NCBI GenBank assembly: GCA_963675915.1
Contig: OY780959.1
Location: 2,550,001-2,582,000 of the forward strand
From: Coprobacillaceae bacterium
GTDB lineage: Bacteria; Bacillota_I; Bacilli_A; Erysipelotrichales; Coprobacillaceae
DNA length: 32,000 nt
Direction of reading: 5' to 3'
The stretch's first letter is position 1. Every line of letters starts with the position of its first letter. The position numbers were made by a program, and so were the translations under genes. A model generated the notes under the pieces. The model searched no databases and had not been told where the DNA came from. It was given only the letters and a program-made list of their open reading frames with translations. Of this stretch, positions 1-9,468 are shown one piece after another.

Positions 1-2
1 AA

Positions 3-1754
3 ATGCTAGATATAGATAGCGCCATGAAAAATGCCAATTGGATTGTTGATAATGTGGGTTGGAGAATTTCTGGGACCAAGTATGAAAAGCAAGTGCTGGC
101 TTTCTTTGAAGAGTACTACGAGAAAGAAGGGATTACTTTTGATAAGTTGGAATATGATGCCCTGATTTTTTATCCTGGTGAAAGCAAATTTACTGTTTTG
201 GATGATGAAGGTGAAGATTCTTGGGATATTCCATGTAACGCCTTCGCGCAAAGAGCCAATACACCTGAGGGTGGTTTCGTTAATGAGCTTATTTATGTTG
301 GAAATGGTGCCATCAGTGACTATGAAGGATTGGATGTCGAAGGGAAAATCATCCTTTGTGATTTAACTTATGATCCACCTAGACCTGAAAAAATGAGAAT
401 CGCAGAAATGTTTGGTGCTGATGGTCTGGTGATGATCAACTGGGGTCTTGAAGAACACAATACTGTTCCATCAGGATCGGTTAAGAATGTGTGGGGTAAC
501 CCGACTTCGGAATCTGAAATGAAACGTCTTCCTAATATCCCGGCAGTTGGAATCAAGAGAAAAGATGGAAATCGCTTGGTAGAACGTCTGACAAGCGGTG
601 AAAAGCTTATGGTTCGTTTGGATGCCCATGGTTTAGGTGAGTGGCGAAAATGTTATATTCCAATTGCCAAAGTAGAAGCTACTGGACCAGAGGCGGATAT
701 GTTTGCAATCATGGGTGGTCACTACGATGCTTGGGGACCGGGGGCAACATGTAATGCCGCTGGTAATGCCGGACTTTTGGAAGTGGTTAAAGTCCTTCAT
801 GCCAACAGAGATAAACTTAAAAGATCGATTTGGTTCCCATTCTGGTCAGGACATGAAACAGGAGGAATGGCCGGTTCATCTTACTTTGTCGATTACTTCT
901 GGGATGAATTGACTGAAAACGGAATCAGCTACATGAATATGGACCAACTAGGTCTTGCTGACATTGATCAGTATGACACCTGGGCTTCTGGGGAGTTAGT
1001 TGATTATCATATTGAATCAGATAAGTACTTGATGGAAAAAGACATGCTTGATGAAGTCTGTCAAACTATGAAACCTGAAAAAGTGGGCGATCAGTCATTC
1101 TATGGAATCGGAATTCCTACCCTTCATAATATGGGACAGGATTCAGCGGAGAAAAAGGCCCTTTACCTGGGAGCAACACTAGGTTGGTGGTACCACAGTC
1201 ATTTGGATACTATGGAAATGGTGAGTCGTGAAACCCTTCTGACAAATTTACAAGTTATGACTGCCTACGTATACGGTCTTGTGACAAAAGACATCCTGCC
1301 ATTTGACCATACCAATAATTGTGAAATTATCGAGAAAAGACTGCGTGAGTTGAAAGAAGAATGCAAAGGTGTTATCGACTTGGATACCGCTCTTGATTGG
1401 AACCAAAAGCTTAAAGACAAGTTGGTGGCATTAAATGAACTTGCTGCCAATTCCCAACTTAGCCAAGAACAAAGAACAACACTTAATCGAGGTCTTTTGA
1501 AACTATCAAGAATTCTTTCGCCGATGCTGGCGACTGTTGCCGGTAAGTATGCTCAAGATAATTATGGATTGACCGCATTGAAAACTTTTATTCCTGCTCT
1601 TTGGGAAATGAAAGATTTAGGAACAATGGATCGCGATTCAGATGAATATAAAATGCTCTTTACGAAAATGAAAAGAGAACGTAATAAGGCTACTGATGCC
1701 ATTAAAGCAGCCTTCGAAAGTGCCTCAGTCACAGAAATGCTGATCAAGGGTTAA
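3..1754 (+). CDS. M28-family metallopeptidase-like protein with an inserted PA domain and a helical C-terminal domain (glutamate-carboxypeptidase-II / transferrin-receptor-like architecture). The active-site motifs are atypical. The start cannot be verified because it lies at the window edge.
   Basis: 583-aa ORF starting at the ATG at nt 3. PA-like block: EGKIILCDL...GADGLVMINWG. M28-like blocks: GGHYDAWGPGATCNAAG, WSGHETGGMAGSSYF, YMNMDQ and WWYHSHLD. It is followed 17 nt later by the next gene, which has its own SD. Confidence 0.75.
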   Translation: MLDIDSAMKNANWIVDNVGWRISGTKYEKQVLAFFEEYYEKEGITFDKLEYDALIFYPGESKFTVLDDEGEDSWDIPCNAFAQRANTPEGGFVNELIYVGNGAISDYEGLDVEGKIILCDLTYDPPRPEKMRIAEMFGADGLVMINWGLEEHNTVPSGSVKNVWGNPTSESEMKRLPNIPAVGIKRKDGNRLVERLTSGEKLMVRLDAHGLGEWRKCYIPIAKVEATGPEADMFAIMGGHYDAWGPGATCNAAGNAGLLEVVKVLHANRDKLKRSIWFPFWSGHETGGMAGSSYFVDYFWDELTENGISYMNMDQLGLADIDQYDTWASGELVDYHIESDKYLMEKDMLDEVCQTMKPEKVGDQSFYGIGIPTLHNMGQDSAEKKALYLGATLGWWYHSHLDTMEMVSRETLLTNLQVMTAYVYGLVTKDILPFDHTNNCEIIEKRLRELKEECKGVIDLDTALDWNQKLKDKLVALNELAANSQLSQEQRTTLNRGLLKLSRILSPMLATVAGKYAQDNYGLTALKTFIPALWEMKDLGTMDRDSDEYKMLFTKMKRERNKATDAIKAAFESASVTEMLIKG

Positions 1755-1771
1755 GGAAAGGAGTACAGGTT

Positions 1772-3022
1772 ATGGGACAATCATTAGAAGCGATCAAAGA
1801 GCAACTTAATCAAGTTATAGACCAGGAATTTGATGATCAGATTGCCTTTATGCAGGCGATGATTGAATTCGACAGTACTTTATTAAATGAAAAGCCGATG
1901 CAATCCTTTATCGCCCAAACAATGAGGGCGATGGGTTTGGATGTTGATAGCTTTGATATCGATGTCAGTAAAATTGCCGATATGCCGGGATATTCTCCTG
2001 GTGACTGGAGTTTTAAGGACCGACCAGTTGTTGTTGGAACACTGCGAGGTTCAGACTCTAAAGAAGCCAAATCTTTAGTGTTGAATGGTCATGCGGATGT
2101 TGTTCCGGTGGAAGCGCCGGAACAATGGACTTATGATCCTTGGAAAGGGACTGTGGTTGGAGACAGGCTCTATGGAAGAGGATCGTGTGACATGAAATGC
2201 GGGATATCGGCAATGATATATGCAATAAAAGCGATTCAAACGTTGGGGATCAAACTCAAGGGGGATGTCTATCTTCAATCAGTGATTGAAGAGGAATCAA
2301 CCGGAAGTGGAGCCCTGGCATGTTTCGAACGAGGCTATAAAGGCGATGGAGCCTTGATTCTTGAATGCACCAATAATTCCTTTTACTACACTGCTGTAGG
2401 CTCTCTTTGGGCAAGAATCAAGGTCCGCGTCAATAGCGCAATCGAACATACGTATCGGATTATCAAAATCCTCAAAGATCTTGAAAACGAGATGAATCAA
2501 AACAAAACCCAGGAATTCGAACCTTATGATGCGCCGATGTTTTTCAATATCGGCAAAATCGAAGGCGGTGTCTGGACATCAAACACTCCGATGGAGTGTG
2601 AAATGCATGTCAGATTTTCGAATTATCCCAATACCGACCCATCTGAATTCCAGAAGATTGTTGAAGATTATGTCAGCCGCCATCTTGAAAATGATGAAGT
2701 TTTTTCAAACGGGGAAGTGATCTTCAATTGGTATGGCAATAAAAACAAAGGCTATCTGATGGAAAAAGGTAATGCTCTTACCGATGTTATCAATGGCCAT
2801 CACAAAGATTTGCACGGCGTTGATGCCGAGTTCAAGGAATCATTGGGATGTAATGACCTGAGATTCTGGGCTCATGATGGTACCGTGCCGGCAACAATGT
2901 ATGGCGGAATCAGCGGCAATATGCATGGGATTGACGAATATGTCGAATTGCCATCGATCAAGGCATTGACAAAAGTAACAGCAGCCACAATTTTAGAGTG
3001 GTGTGAAATAGAAAACAATTAG
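1772..3022 (+). CDS. M20-family ArgE/DapE-type deacylase (acetylornithine deacetylase / succinyl-DAP desuccinylase family)
   Basis: 416-aa ORF with SD GGAAAGGAG upstream. M20 ligand motifs: LNGHADVVP, GRGSCDMKCG, IEEESTGSG, ILECT and MHGIDEYV. Confidence 0.85.
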   Translation: MGQSLEAIKEQLNQVIDQEFDDQIAFMQAMIEFDSTLLNEKPMQSFIAQTMRAMGLDVDSFDIDVSKIADMPGYSPGDWSFKDRPVVVGTLRGSDSKEAKSLVLNGHADVVPVEAPEQWTYDPWKGTVVGDRLYGRGSCDMKCGISAMIYAIKAIQTLGIKLKGDVYLQSVIEEESTGSGALACFERGYKGDGALILECTNNSFYYTAVGSLWARIKVRVNSAIEHTYRIIKILKDLENEMNQNKTQEFEPYDAPMFFNIGKIEGGVWTSNTPMECEMHVRFSNYPNTDPSEFQKIVEDYVSRHLENDEVFSNGEVIFNWYGNKNKGYLMEKGNALTDVINGHHKDLHGVDAEFKESLGCNDLRFWAHDGTVPATMYGGISGNMHGIDEYVELPSIKALTKVTAATILEWCEIENN

Positions 3023-3040
3023 TTAAGGAGGAGGACGCCA

Positions 3041-3805
3041 ATGGCTTACCCTAAAGATATTTTAGCAACTAGATCTGTGATCAAAAACAGAAAATATGCA
3101 GTGATTCCCAAAGATGGACTAGTTAATAATGTGATTCCATATTTTGAAAACTGCAGAACATCAATTTTGGCAACACCGAAAATCGGTGCAAGTTTCATTG
3201 AATACGTTGTAACTGCAGAACCTAAAGGCTGCACCAATGAGGATTTTGGAACTGGAGCGGACGTTGAAAGTTTCATCTTTGTAATTGAAGGAACTTTGGA
3301 TGTTCATGTCGGTGCTGATCAGTATCAATTGAAAGATGGTGGTTATCTGTATTCAAAACCAGGTGAAGGCTTCGGCTTTGTCAACAACACTGATAAGGAA
3401 GTTAAATTCCTGTTATATAAACAGACTTTCGAACAATACAAGGACCTGGAACCTGAGCGGGTTGTCGGGAATGTCAATGAAATGGAATATGAAATTTACG
3501 CCGATATGGAAAATGTATTTATCAAAGACCTGCTTCCTACGGATATCAGATTTGATATGAATATGCATATTCTGGCGTTTGATCCAGGCGGATGTCATCC
3601 GTTCGTGGAAACCCATGTCCAAGAACATGGAGCCTATGTATTAGGCGGTGAAGGTGTCTATCTTCTTGATAATGACTGGATGCCGATTAAAAAAGATGAT
3701 TTTATCTGGTTTGGCCCATATGTGACCCAGGCAGCTTATGGTGTCGGGCGCGAGAAATTCTACTATATTTATTCAAAAGATTGCAATAGAGATCCAAAGC
3801 TATAA
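3041..3805 (+). CDS. allE: (S)-ureidoglycine aminohydrolase (bicupin, allantoin catabolism)
   Basis: 254-aa ORF with SD AAGGAGGAGG. Long blocks match my recollection of E. coli AllE/YlbA: PKDGLVNNVIPYFENC, TPKIGASF, FDMNMHILAFDPG, ETHVQEHGAYVLGGEGVY, YGVGR and YIYSKDCNRD. Confidence 0.88.
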   Translation: MAYPKDILATRSVIKNRKYAVIPKDGLVNNVIPYFENCRTSILATPKIGASFIEYVVTAEPKGCTNEDFGTGADVESFIFVIEGTLDVHVGADQYQLKDGGYLYSKPGEGFGFVNNTDKEVKFLLYKQTFEQYKDLEPERVVGNVNEMEYEIYADMENVFIKDLLPTDIRFDMNMHILAFDPGGCHPFVETHVQEHGAYVLGGEGVYLLDNDWMPIKKDDFIWFGPYVTQAAYGVGREKFYYIYSKDCNRDPKL

Positions 3806-3821
3806 TTGAGAGGAGCAACAA

Positions 3822-4763
3822 ATGAAAGCAGTAATTATTGAACCATTAGGAGTTAGCGAAGAAATTTTAATGAACTTGATCAACGATACTTTTAAAGACG
3901 ATATCGAGTTTACATATTATGATACCAGAACAACCGATGAAGCAGAATTGATTGAAAGAGGAAAAGACGCGGATATCATCCTTGTCTCTAATCTCCCATT
4001 GAATGAAAAAGTATTGTCAGGATGCCAGAATCTGAAGATGATTTCGGTTGCATTTACAGGGGTTGACCACATCGCGATGGATTATTGCAAAGCCAATGAT
4101 ATCCTGGTATCAAATTCTTCAGGCTATTCAAATGTAGCCGTATCGGAACTTGTTTTCGGTTTGGCCCTAAGCGTCTATCGTAACATTATCCCATGTGACA
4201 AGGCGACCAGAGTTGGTGGAACCAAAGCCGGATTGATCGGATATGAACTTTACGGTAAAAAATTTGGAGTTATCGGGACTGGTGCTATTGGAACAAGAAC
4301 CCTTGAACTGGCAAAAGCATTCGGATGCGAAACTTTCGCGTACAGCAGAACTAAAAAAGACATTGATGGTGTGACATTCGTGAGTATGGAAGAGTTGCTC
4401 GAAACATGCGATATTGTCTCATTGCATGTGCCATTGAATGACAGCACTACTCATCTGATCAACAAGGAAAACATCAAGTTGATGAAGAAAAATGCGATTT
4501 TAATCAATACAGCGCGGGGAAAAGTTGTTGAAAGTGAAGCCCTGGGCGAGGCATTGAACAATGATGTGATTGCCGGAGCAGCGGTTGATGTTTATGAAAT
4601 CGAACCACCGATAGCAACAGACCATCCTTTGCTTAAAGCAAAAAATCTGGTAGCAACACCACATATCGCATTTGCAACTCACGAAGCATTGTACAAACGT
4701 GCCATCATTGTTATGGATAATATCACTAACTGGGTAGAAGGTACGCCTATCAACGTAATGTAG
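3822..4763 (+). CDS. D-isomer-specific 2-hydroxyacid dehydrogenase, NAD-binding (glyoxylate/hydroxypyruvate-reductase-like)
   Basis: 313-aa ORF with SD GAGAGGAG. Rossmann motif GVIGTGAIGTR. Catalytic R/E/H context: NTARG, VDVYEIEP and TPHIAF. Confidence 0.85.
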   Translation: MKAVIIEPLGVSEEILMNLINDTFKDDIEFTYYDTRTTDEAELIERGKDADIILVSNLPLNEKVLSGCQNLKMISVAFTGVDHIAMDYCKANDILVSNSSGYSNVAVSELVFGLALSVYRNIIPCDKATRVGGTKAGLIGYELYGKKFGVIGTGAIGTRTLELAKAFGCETFAYSRTKKDIDGVTFVSMEELLETCDIVSLHVPLNDSTTHLINKENIKLMKKNAILINTARGKVVESEALGEALNNDVIAGAAVDVYEIEPPIATDHPLLKAKNLVATPHIAFATHEALYKRAIIVMDNITNWVEGTPINVM

Positions 4764-4777
4764 GAAGAGGTGATTGA

Positions 4778-6031
4778 ATGAAAAGCGACGTATCAAGAAT
4801 AAAAGAACAGTTATTAAAACTTGACTCATTTAATTCAACGCCGGATTTTGGTACTACCCGAGTTTTATTTACTAATGAAGAATTGGCTGCCCGTGCCTAC
4901 ATGAAAGAAGAGATGAAGGCCATCGGAATGGAAGTTTTTGAAGATGGATGCGCCAATATCTTCGGTGTGTTGAAAGGGGAAAACCCGGATTTGGCACCTG
5001 TTTGGACCGGATCGCATATTGACACGGTTCTTAATGCCGGAATGTTCGATGGGATGGCTGGAGTTGTTGCCGGAATGGAAGCACTCAGACTGATCAATAC
5101 GACAAAAGGAAAAACTTTGCGGGATCTGGTTTTGGTAATTTATACTTCAGAGGAACCGACAAGATTTAAAAGTTCATGTTTGGGAAGCCGGGCTATGGCC
5201 GGTGAATTGACTTGGGAAGAATGTCAGACTCTCAAAGATGATGAAGGAAACACTTTGGCTGATTGTCTGAATTGCCTTGGCCATGATGAGACTGAATTCA
5301 ACAACGTCAAAAAAGCAAACAATGAAGTGTTTGCAGCTGTTGAACTTCATATCGAACAAAACAATATCTTGGATCGAAATCAAAAGAAATTGGGTGTTGT
5401 CAAGGCAATTTGCGCGCCATCAACATTTGCGGTAACTGTTCATGGTAAACAGTCTCATGCCGGAGGAACATCTATGAGCGAACGAAAGGATGCCTATATG
5501 GCGGCCTGTGAAATCGCATTGAAACTAGAAGAATACGCCATCAGTTTGGCCAGTGAATATACAACCGGGACAGTTGGGAAAGTCAACGTTGTTCCAGGAG
5601 CAGAAAACGTTATTCCGGGCTTGGTGGAATTTTCAATTGACATCAGAGATATCGATTTTGACAATAAAGAACGATTGATCAACAATTTAAAAATATTCAT
5701 TGAATCATTGGAAGCAAAACGGGGTGTCAAAGTTGAACTGACATCATTGAATCATGATCATCCGGTTGTCTGCAATGAAGTATTGCGAAAATGTCTGGAT
5801 GAAGCTTGCCGTAATAATGGACAAGAGCCCATGGAATTGATCAGTGGGGCCTATCATGATTCTTTGTTGGTGGGAAGATTTGCACCGGTAGCCATGTTGT
5901 TTGTACCAAGTAAAGACGGTATCAGTCACAGTCCAAAAGAGTGGACCGATTTTGAAGATATCGCTTTAGGTGCGGATGTATTGGCGGATACTATATATAA
6001 ACTTGCGAATATGCAAGTATTGGAAGATTAA
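4778..6031 (+). CDS. allC: AllC-type Zn/Mn amidohydrolase of the M20 hydantoinase/carbamoylase family. It could be an allantoate amidohydrolase, an N-carbamoyl-amino-acid hydrolase, a beta-ureidopropionase or a ureidoglycolate amidohydrolase. The substrate cannot be resolved from sequence.
   Basis: 417-aa ORF with SD GGAAGAGGTGA. Family motifs: TGSHIDTVLNAGMFDGMAGV, TSEEPTRF, ELHIEQ, GKQSHAGGT, SGAYHDS and PSKDGISHSP. The symbol is assigned only because allE lies adjacent. Confidence 0.8.
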   Translation: MKSDVSRIKEQLLKLDSFNSTPDFGTTRVLFTNEELAARAYMKEEMKAIGMEVFEDGCANIFGVLKGENPDLAPVWTGSHIDTVLNAGMFDGMAGVVAGMEALRLINTTKGKTLRDLVLVIYTSEEPTRFKSSCLGSRAMAGELTWEECQTLKDDEGNTLADCLNCLGHDETEFNNVKKANNEVFAAVELHIEQNNILDRNQKKLGVVKAICAPSTFAVTVHGKQSHAGGTSMSERKDAYMAACEIALKLEEYAISLASEYTTGTVGKVNVVPGAENVIPGLVEFSIDIRDIDFDNKERLINNLKIFIESLEAKRGVKVELTSLNHDHPVVCNEVLRKCLDEACRNNGQEPMELISGAYHDSLLVGRFAPVAMLFVPSKDGISHSPKEWTDFEDIALGADVLADTIYKLANMQVLED

Positions 6032-6047
6032 GTTGGAGGATTTAAAA

Positions 6048-7409
6048 ATGATCGGAAATGAATTGCCGAAAATCGTTACCGGAACAGTACCGGGACCGAT
6101 AGTAAAAGACGTAATGGATCGCAGAATGGCAGCAATGCCAGGAGCAATCAAGAGTGTATATCCAGTTGCCATTAAAAGAGGTAAAGGGTCCATGTTTGAA
6201 GATTTGGATGGAAACCTTTTCCTGGATTGGGTTGGTGGTGTCGGAGTATTGAACATCGGATACAGCCATCCTGAAATTATTGAAGCTGTGAAAAATCAAG
6301 CTGATAATTATTTCCATGCAATGATGAACATTGTTACTCATGAGCCATATATCGAGTTGGCTGAAAAGCTGAATGAAATTGTACCGGTCAGAGGTGACAA
6401 GAAGAAAAGTTTCTTCGCGAACAGTGGTTCGGAAGCAGTGGAAAATGCAGTCAAGATTGCGAAATCATATACTGGACGTACTGATATCATCGTATTTACC
6501 GGAGCATTCCATGGTCGTACATCATTGGCTATGGCTATGACTTCCAAAAAAGCATATGCGGTTGGGATGGGACCATTCCCGGCGGGTGTTTACCGTGCCC
6601 CATATCCAAATATGTATCGTAAACCACTTGGATACAGTGATGAAGCTGCAATCGATTTCTACATCAAAGAGTTGGAAAACCTTTTTGAAACAGGTTCTCC
6701 GGCAAACAATATTGCTGCAATCGTTCTTGAACCGATTCAAGGTGAAGGTGGATTCGTGCCAGCTCCGATTGAATGGGTTAAAAGAGTACGTGAAATCTGT
6801 GATGAAAATGGAATCATGCTTATTGCTGACGAAGTGCAATGCGGTTTCTGCCGTTCAGGTAAAATGTTTGCATCGGAATACTGGAAAGAAGCCGGATGTG
6901 AGCCTGATATCATCGCAACTGCAAAATCGATAGCTGCGGGAATGCCTTTAAGTGCGATTGTTGCCAGTGCGGAAATTATTGACAATGTAACTGTCGGTAC
7001 TATCGGAGGAACATATTGTGGTAATGCCATGGCTTGTGTTTCGGCGTTGAAAACCATTGAAATCATGGAACGTGAACGTCTGGATGTCAGAGCGATGGAA
7101 ATTGCTGAAAAATGCCGTACAAGATTCGAAAGCTGGAAAAAATTCGGAATCATCGGTGACATCAGAGGTGTCGGTTCGATGATGGGTGTTGAATTCGTCA
7201 AAGACTTGGAGACAAAAGAACCATATTCGAAACTGGTAGCGGCGGTTGTTCAAGAAGCGATCCAAAACGGACTTATTATCGAAAGTGCCGGAACATTTGG
7301 AAATGTTGTCCGCATGCTCAGTCCTCTTGTCATCACTGATGAACAATTGGAAGCCGGATTGGATATCTATGAAAAAGCAATTGAAAAAGTATTGAATGAG
7401 ATGAAATAG
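6048..7409 (+). CDS. Class-III (omega) PLP aminotransferase, 4-aminobutyrate/beta-alanine aminotransferase-like
   Basis: I chose the start at ATG 6048 (MIGNELPK...), 7 nt after SD GGAGGA. The ORF-track start at 5970 would overlap the preceding gene. Motifs: NSGSEAVENA, ADEVQCGFCRSGKMFA and the PLP-Lys context ATAKSIAAG. Confidence 0.85.
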   Translation: MIGNELPKIVTGTVPGPIVKDVMDRRMAAMPGAIKSVYPVAIKRGKGSMFEDLDGNLFLDWVGGVGVLNIGYSHPEIIEAVKNQADNYFHAMMNIVTHEPYIELAEKLNEIVPVRGDKKKSFFANSGSEAVENAVKIAKSYTGRTDIIVFTGAFHGRTSLAMAMTSKKAYAVGMGPFPAGVYRAPYPNMYRKPLGYSDEAAIDFYIKELENLFETGSPANNIAAIVLEPIQGEGGFVPAPIEWVKRVREICDENGIMLIADEVQCGFCRSGKMFASEYWKEAGCEPDIIATAKSIAAGMPLSAIVASAEIIDNVTVGTIGGTYCGNAMACVSALKTIEIMERERLDVRAMEIAEKCRTRFESWKKFGIIGDIRGVGSMMGVEFVKDLETKEPYSKLVAAVVQEAIQNGLIIESAGTFGNVVRMLSPLVITDEQLEAGLDIYEKAIEKVLNEMK

Positions 7410-8330
7410 ATGCAAACAACTTTGGTTTTACAACAAATGTTTGTCATCCTTATGATGATTGTGTTGGGGTTTGTTTTATACAAACTCCAATACTTGAATG
7501 ATCAAGTCCACTCGAAGTTGTCGTCAATTGTGGTGGACTTTTTGAATCCTTTCATGTTGATCAGTTTTGTCTTGCAGTCGGATATTGATGTGACCGGCAC
7601 GATGATGCGGGATAATTTCAAGCTGGTTGTCGTGTACTTTATCGTTTTGATTGTTTTCGCCCAGATTTACACCTGGTTTTTGAATGTTCCTTCGGGCACC
7701 AAACGAGCCTATAAGCTGATGTTGGTATTCTCCAATGTCGGATTTATGGGAATCCCCATCGTTCGTGGCCTGTATGGCGATAGCGCCGTTCCTTATGTTG
7801 TGGTTTATGTCCTGGTTTACAATTTGTTGATCTACACTTTGGGGATCGCCATGGCATCCTCGGGGAATGGATTGGGAATTAAGGGAATCTTGAAAAAAAC
7901 ATTGAATTCGGGAACTGTAGCCGGAATCATTTCAATCATTTTCTTAGCGACCGGGGTTCAATTTCCTGATTTTGTTTTGCAATTATTTAAATATTTGGGT
8001 GAATCGGTCATTCCGATATCCATGATCCTGATTGGGTCATCAATCGGAAAAAGTGATTTGAAACAATTGTTCAGACATAAGGAAAGTTATATGTTTTCGG
8101 CTGTTAAAATATTGATTGTTCCAATATTGGCCGCTGTGGTTTTGCGATTTGTCGCTGTTGATCCGGTTTTGAAAGGTGTCTTTGTGATTTTGATAGCAAT
8201 GCCTGTTGGAAGCATTGTCAGTCTGATTGCCGCCGAATACAAACTGGATAGTGAGTTGACTTCTAGGGAAATCTTGATTTCAACCGTGTTAATCATGGTA
8301 ACACTACCAATTATTTCATTGTTCATGTAG
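7410..8330 (+). CDS. AEC-family (auxin efflux carrier) membrane transporter
   Basis: 306-aa ORF, hydrophobic throughout (about 10 predicted TM segments). Its ATG directly abuts the TAG of the aminotransferase gene. The N-terminus is typical of AEC permeases (..MIVLGFVLYK..). Confidence 0.75.
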   Translation: MQTTLVLQQMFVILMMIVLGFVLYKLQYLNDQVHSKLSSIVVDFLNPFMLISFVLQSDIDVTGTMMRDNFKLVVVYFIVLIVFAQIYTWFLNVPSGTKRAYKLMLVFSNVGFMGIPIVRGLYGDSAVPYVVVYVLVYNLLIYTLGIAMASSGNGLGIKGILKKTLNSGTVAGIISIIFLATGVQFPDFVLQLFKYLGESVIPISMILIGSSIGKSDLKQLFRHKESYMFSAVKILIVPILAAVVLRFVAVDPVLKGVFVILIAMPVGSIVSLIAAEYKLDSELTSREILISTVLIMVTLPIISLFM

Positions 8331-8346
8331 TAAAGGAGAATAACGA

Positions 8347-9459
8347 ATGAATACATTTAAATTAGTTCCTGAGATAGTAAGTTTTGATAGCTGTAATGAA
8401 TTTGTCGAGTCTTTCAATATTGGCAAGAAAGATTTGATTTTAACCAATCTGCCTAATTTCGACAGTTATTTCAAGGCCGGTGCCAATGGTCTTAATGTCA
8501 TTTTCATGAGTGACTATGGAAAAGGTGAACCGACCGATATGATGGTGGAAGAAATATACAAGGCTACTCAGGAATTTGAATTCAACCGAATGATTGCGAT
8601 TGGCGGAGGAAGTGTCATAGATGTTTCAAAAATCCTCTCTCTTAAAAATATTTCGCCAGTCGAAGTCTTATTTGATAAAGAACTTCCGGTAATCAAGGAT
8701 AAGGAACTGATAATTGTTCCGACAACTTGTGGAACTGGTAGCGAAGTGACCAGTGTTTCCGTGTTGGAAATCATCAACAAGAAAACCAAGTTAGGGTTGC
8801 AGCATGATGAATTATATGCGGATTGTGCAGTTTTGATTCCTGAATTGATTGAAAATCTTCCGGATTATGTTTTTGCAACAAGCAGCATCGATGCCCTGAT
8901 CCATGCGACTGAATCATATTTGTCCCCAAGAGCGACTGACTTTTCAATGACGTTTTCAATGGAAGCAATCAAACGGATCATTTCCGGTTATCAGGAATTG
9001 AGAAATCAAACGAAATCGTACCGGGAACTGACATCGGATTTCCTTACAGCCAGCACCTATGCCGGAGTGGCATTTGGGAATGCCGGTTGTGCGGCTGTTC
9101 ATGCCATGAGTATGTCATTTAGCTCTTCTTACCACGTGCCTCACGGTGAGTCGAATTATATCCTTTTCACCGAAGTGATGAAGACATATGAAAAACTTAA
9201 ACCGGAAGGCCGTCTAAAAACTCTCAAGGAAGAATTGGCTAAATTATTAAACTGTGAACTTGATGGAGTATTTGATCAGTTGGATGAATTGCTTGGCCAT
9301 TTCCTGTTGAAAAAAAGGTTAAGAGATTTCGGCGTTCAGGAAAAGGAACTGGATGGTTATGTCAATACGGTTGAAACCAGACAGCAGCGTCTGACTGGAA
9401 ATAACTATTGTCCACTTGAACATGATCATATGCTGAAGATATTTAAAAATTTGTATTAA
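8347..9459 (+). CDS. Iron-containing alcohol dehydrogenase, 4-hydroxybutyrate-dehydrogenase-like
   Basis: 370-aa ORF with SD AAGGAG. Fe-ADH motifs: IAIGGGSVIDVSK, VPTTCGTGSEVT, SSIDALIHATE, AAVHAMS and YHVPHGESN. The overall N- and C-terminal pattern (...FKLVPEI..F......F...GKKDLILTN ... IFKNLY) resembles clostridial 4hbD as I recall it. Confidence 0.8.
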   Translation: MNTFKLVPEIVSFDSCNEFVESFNIGKKDLILTNLPNFDSYFKAGANGLNVIFMSDYGKGEPTDMMVEEIYKATQEFEFNRMIAIGGGSVIDVSKILSLKNISPVEVLFDKELPVIKDKELIIVPTTCGTGSEVTSVSVLEIINKKTKLGLQHDELYADCAVLIPELIENLPDYVFATSSIDALIHATESYLSPRATDFSMTFSMEAIKRIISGYQELRNQTKSYRELTSDFLTASTYAGVAFGNAGCAAVHAMSMSFSSSYHVPHGESNYILFTEVMKTYEKLKPEGRLKTLKEELAKLLNCELDGVFDQLDELLGHFLLKKRLRDFGVQEKELDGYVNTVETRQQRLTGNNYCPLEHDHMLKIFKNLY

Positions 9460-9468
9460 GGTGATTGC

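Noticed and set aside
5970-6047. Upstream extension of the aminotransferase ORF (track start at 5970, MRMYWRILY...).
   Set aside because: The extension overlaps the 3' end of the AllC-type gene and has an implausible sequence. A GGAGGA SD sits 7 nt before the ATG at 6048, where the family-typical N-terminus begins.
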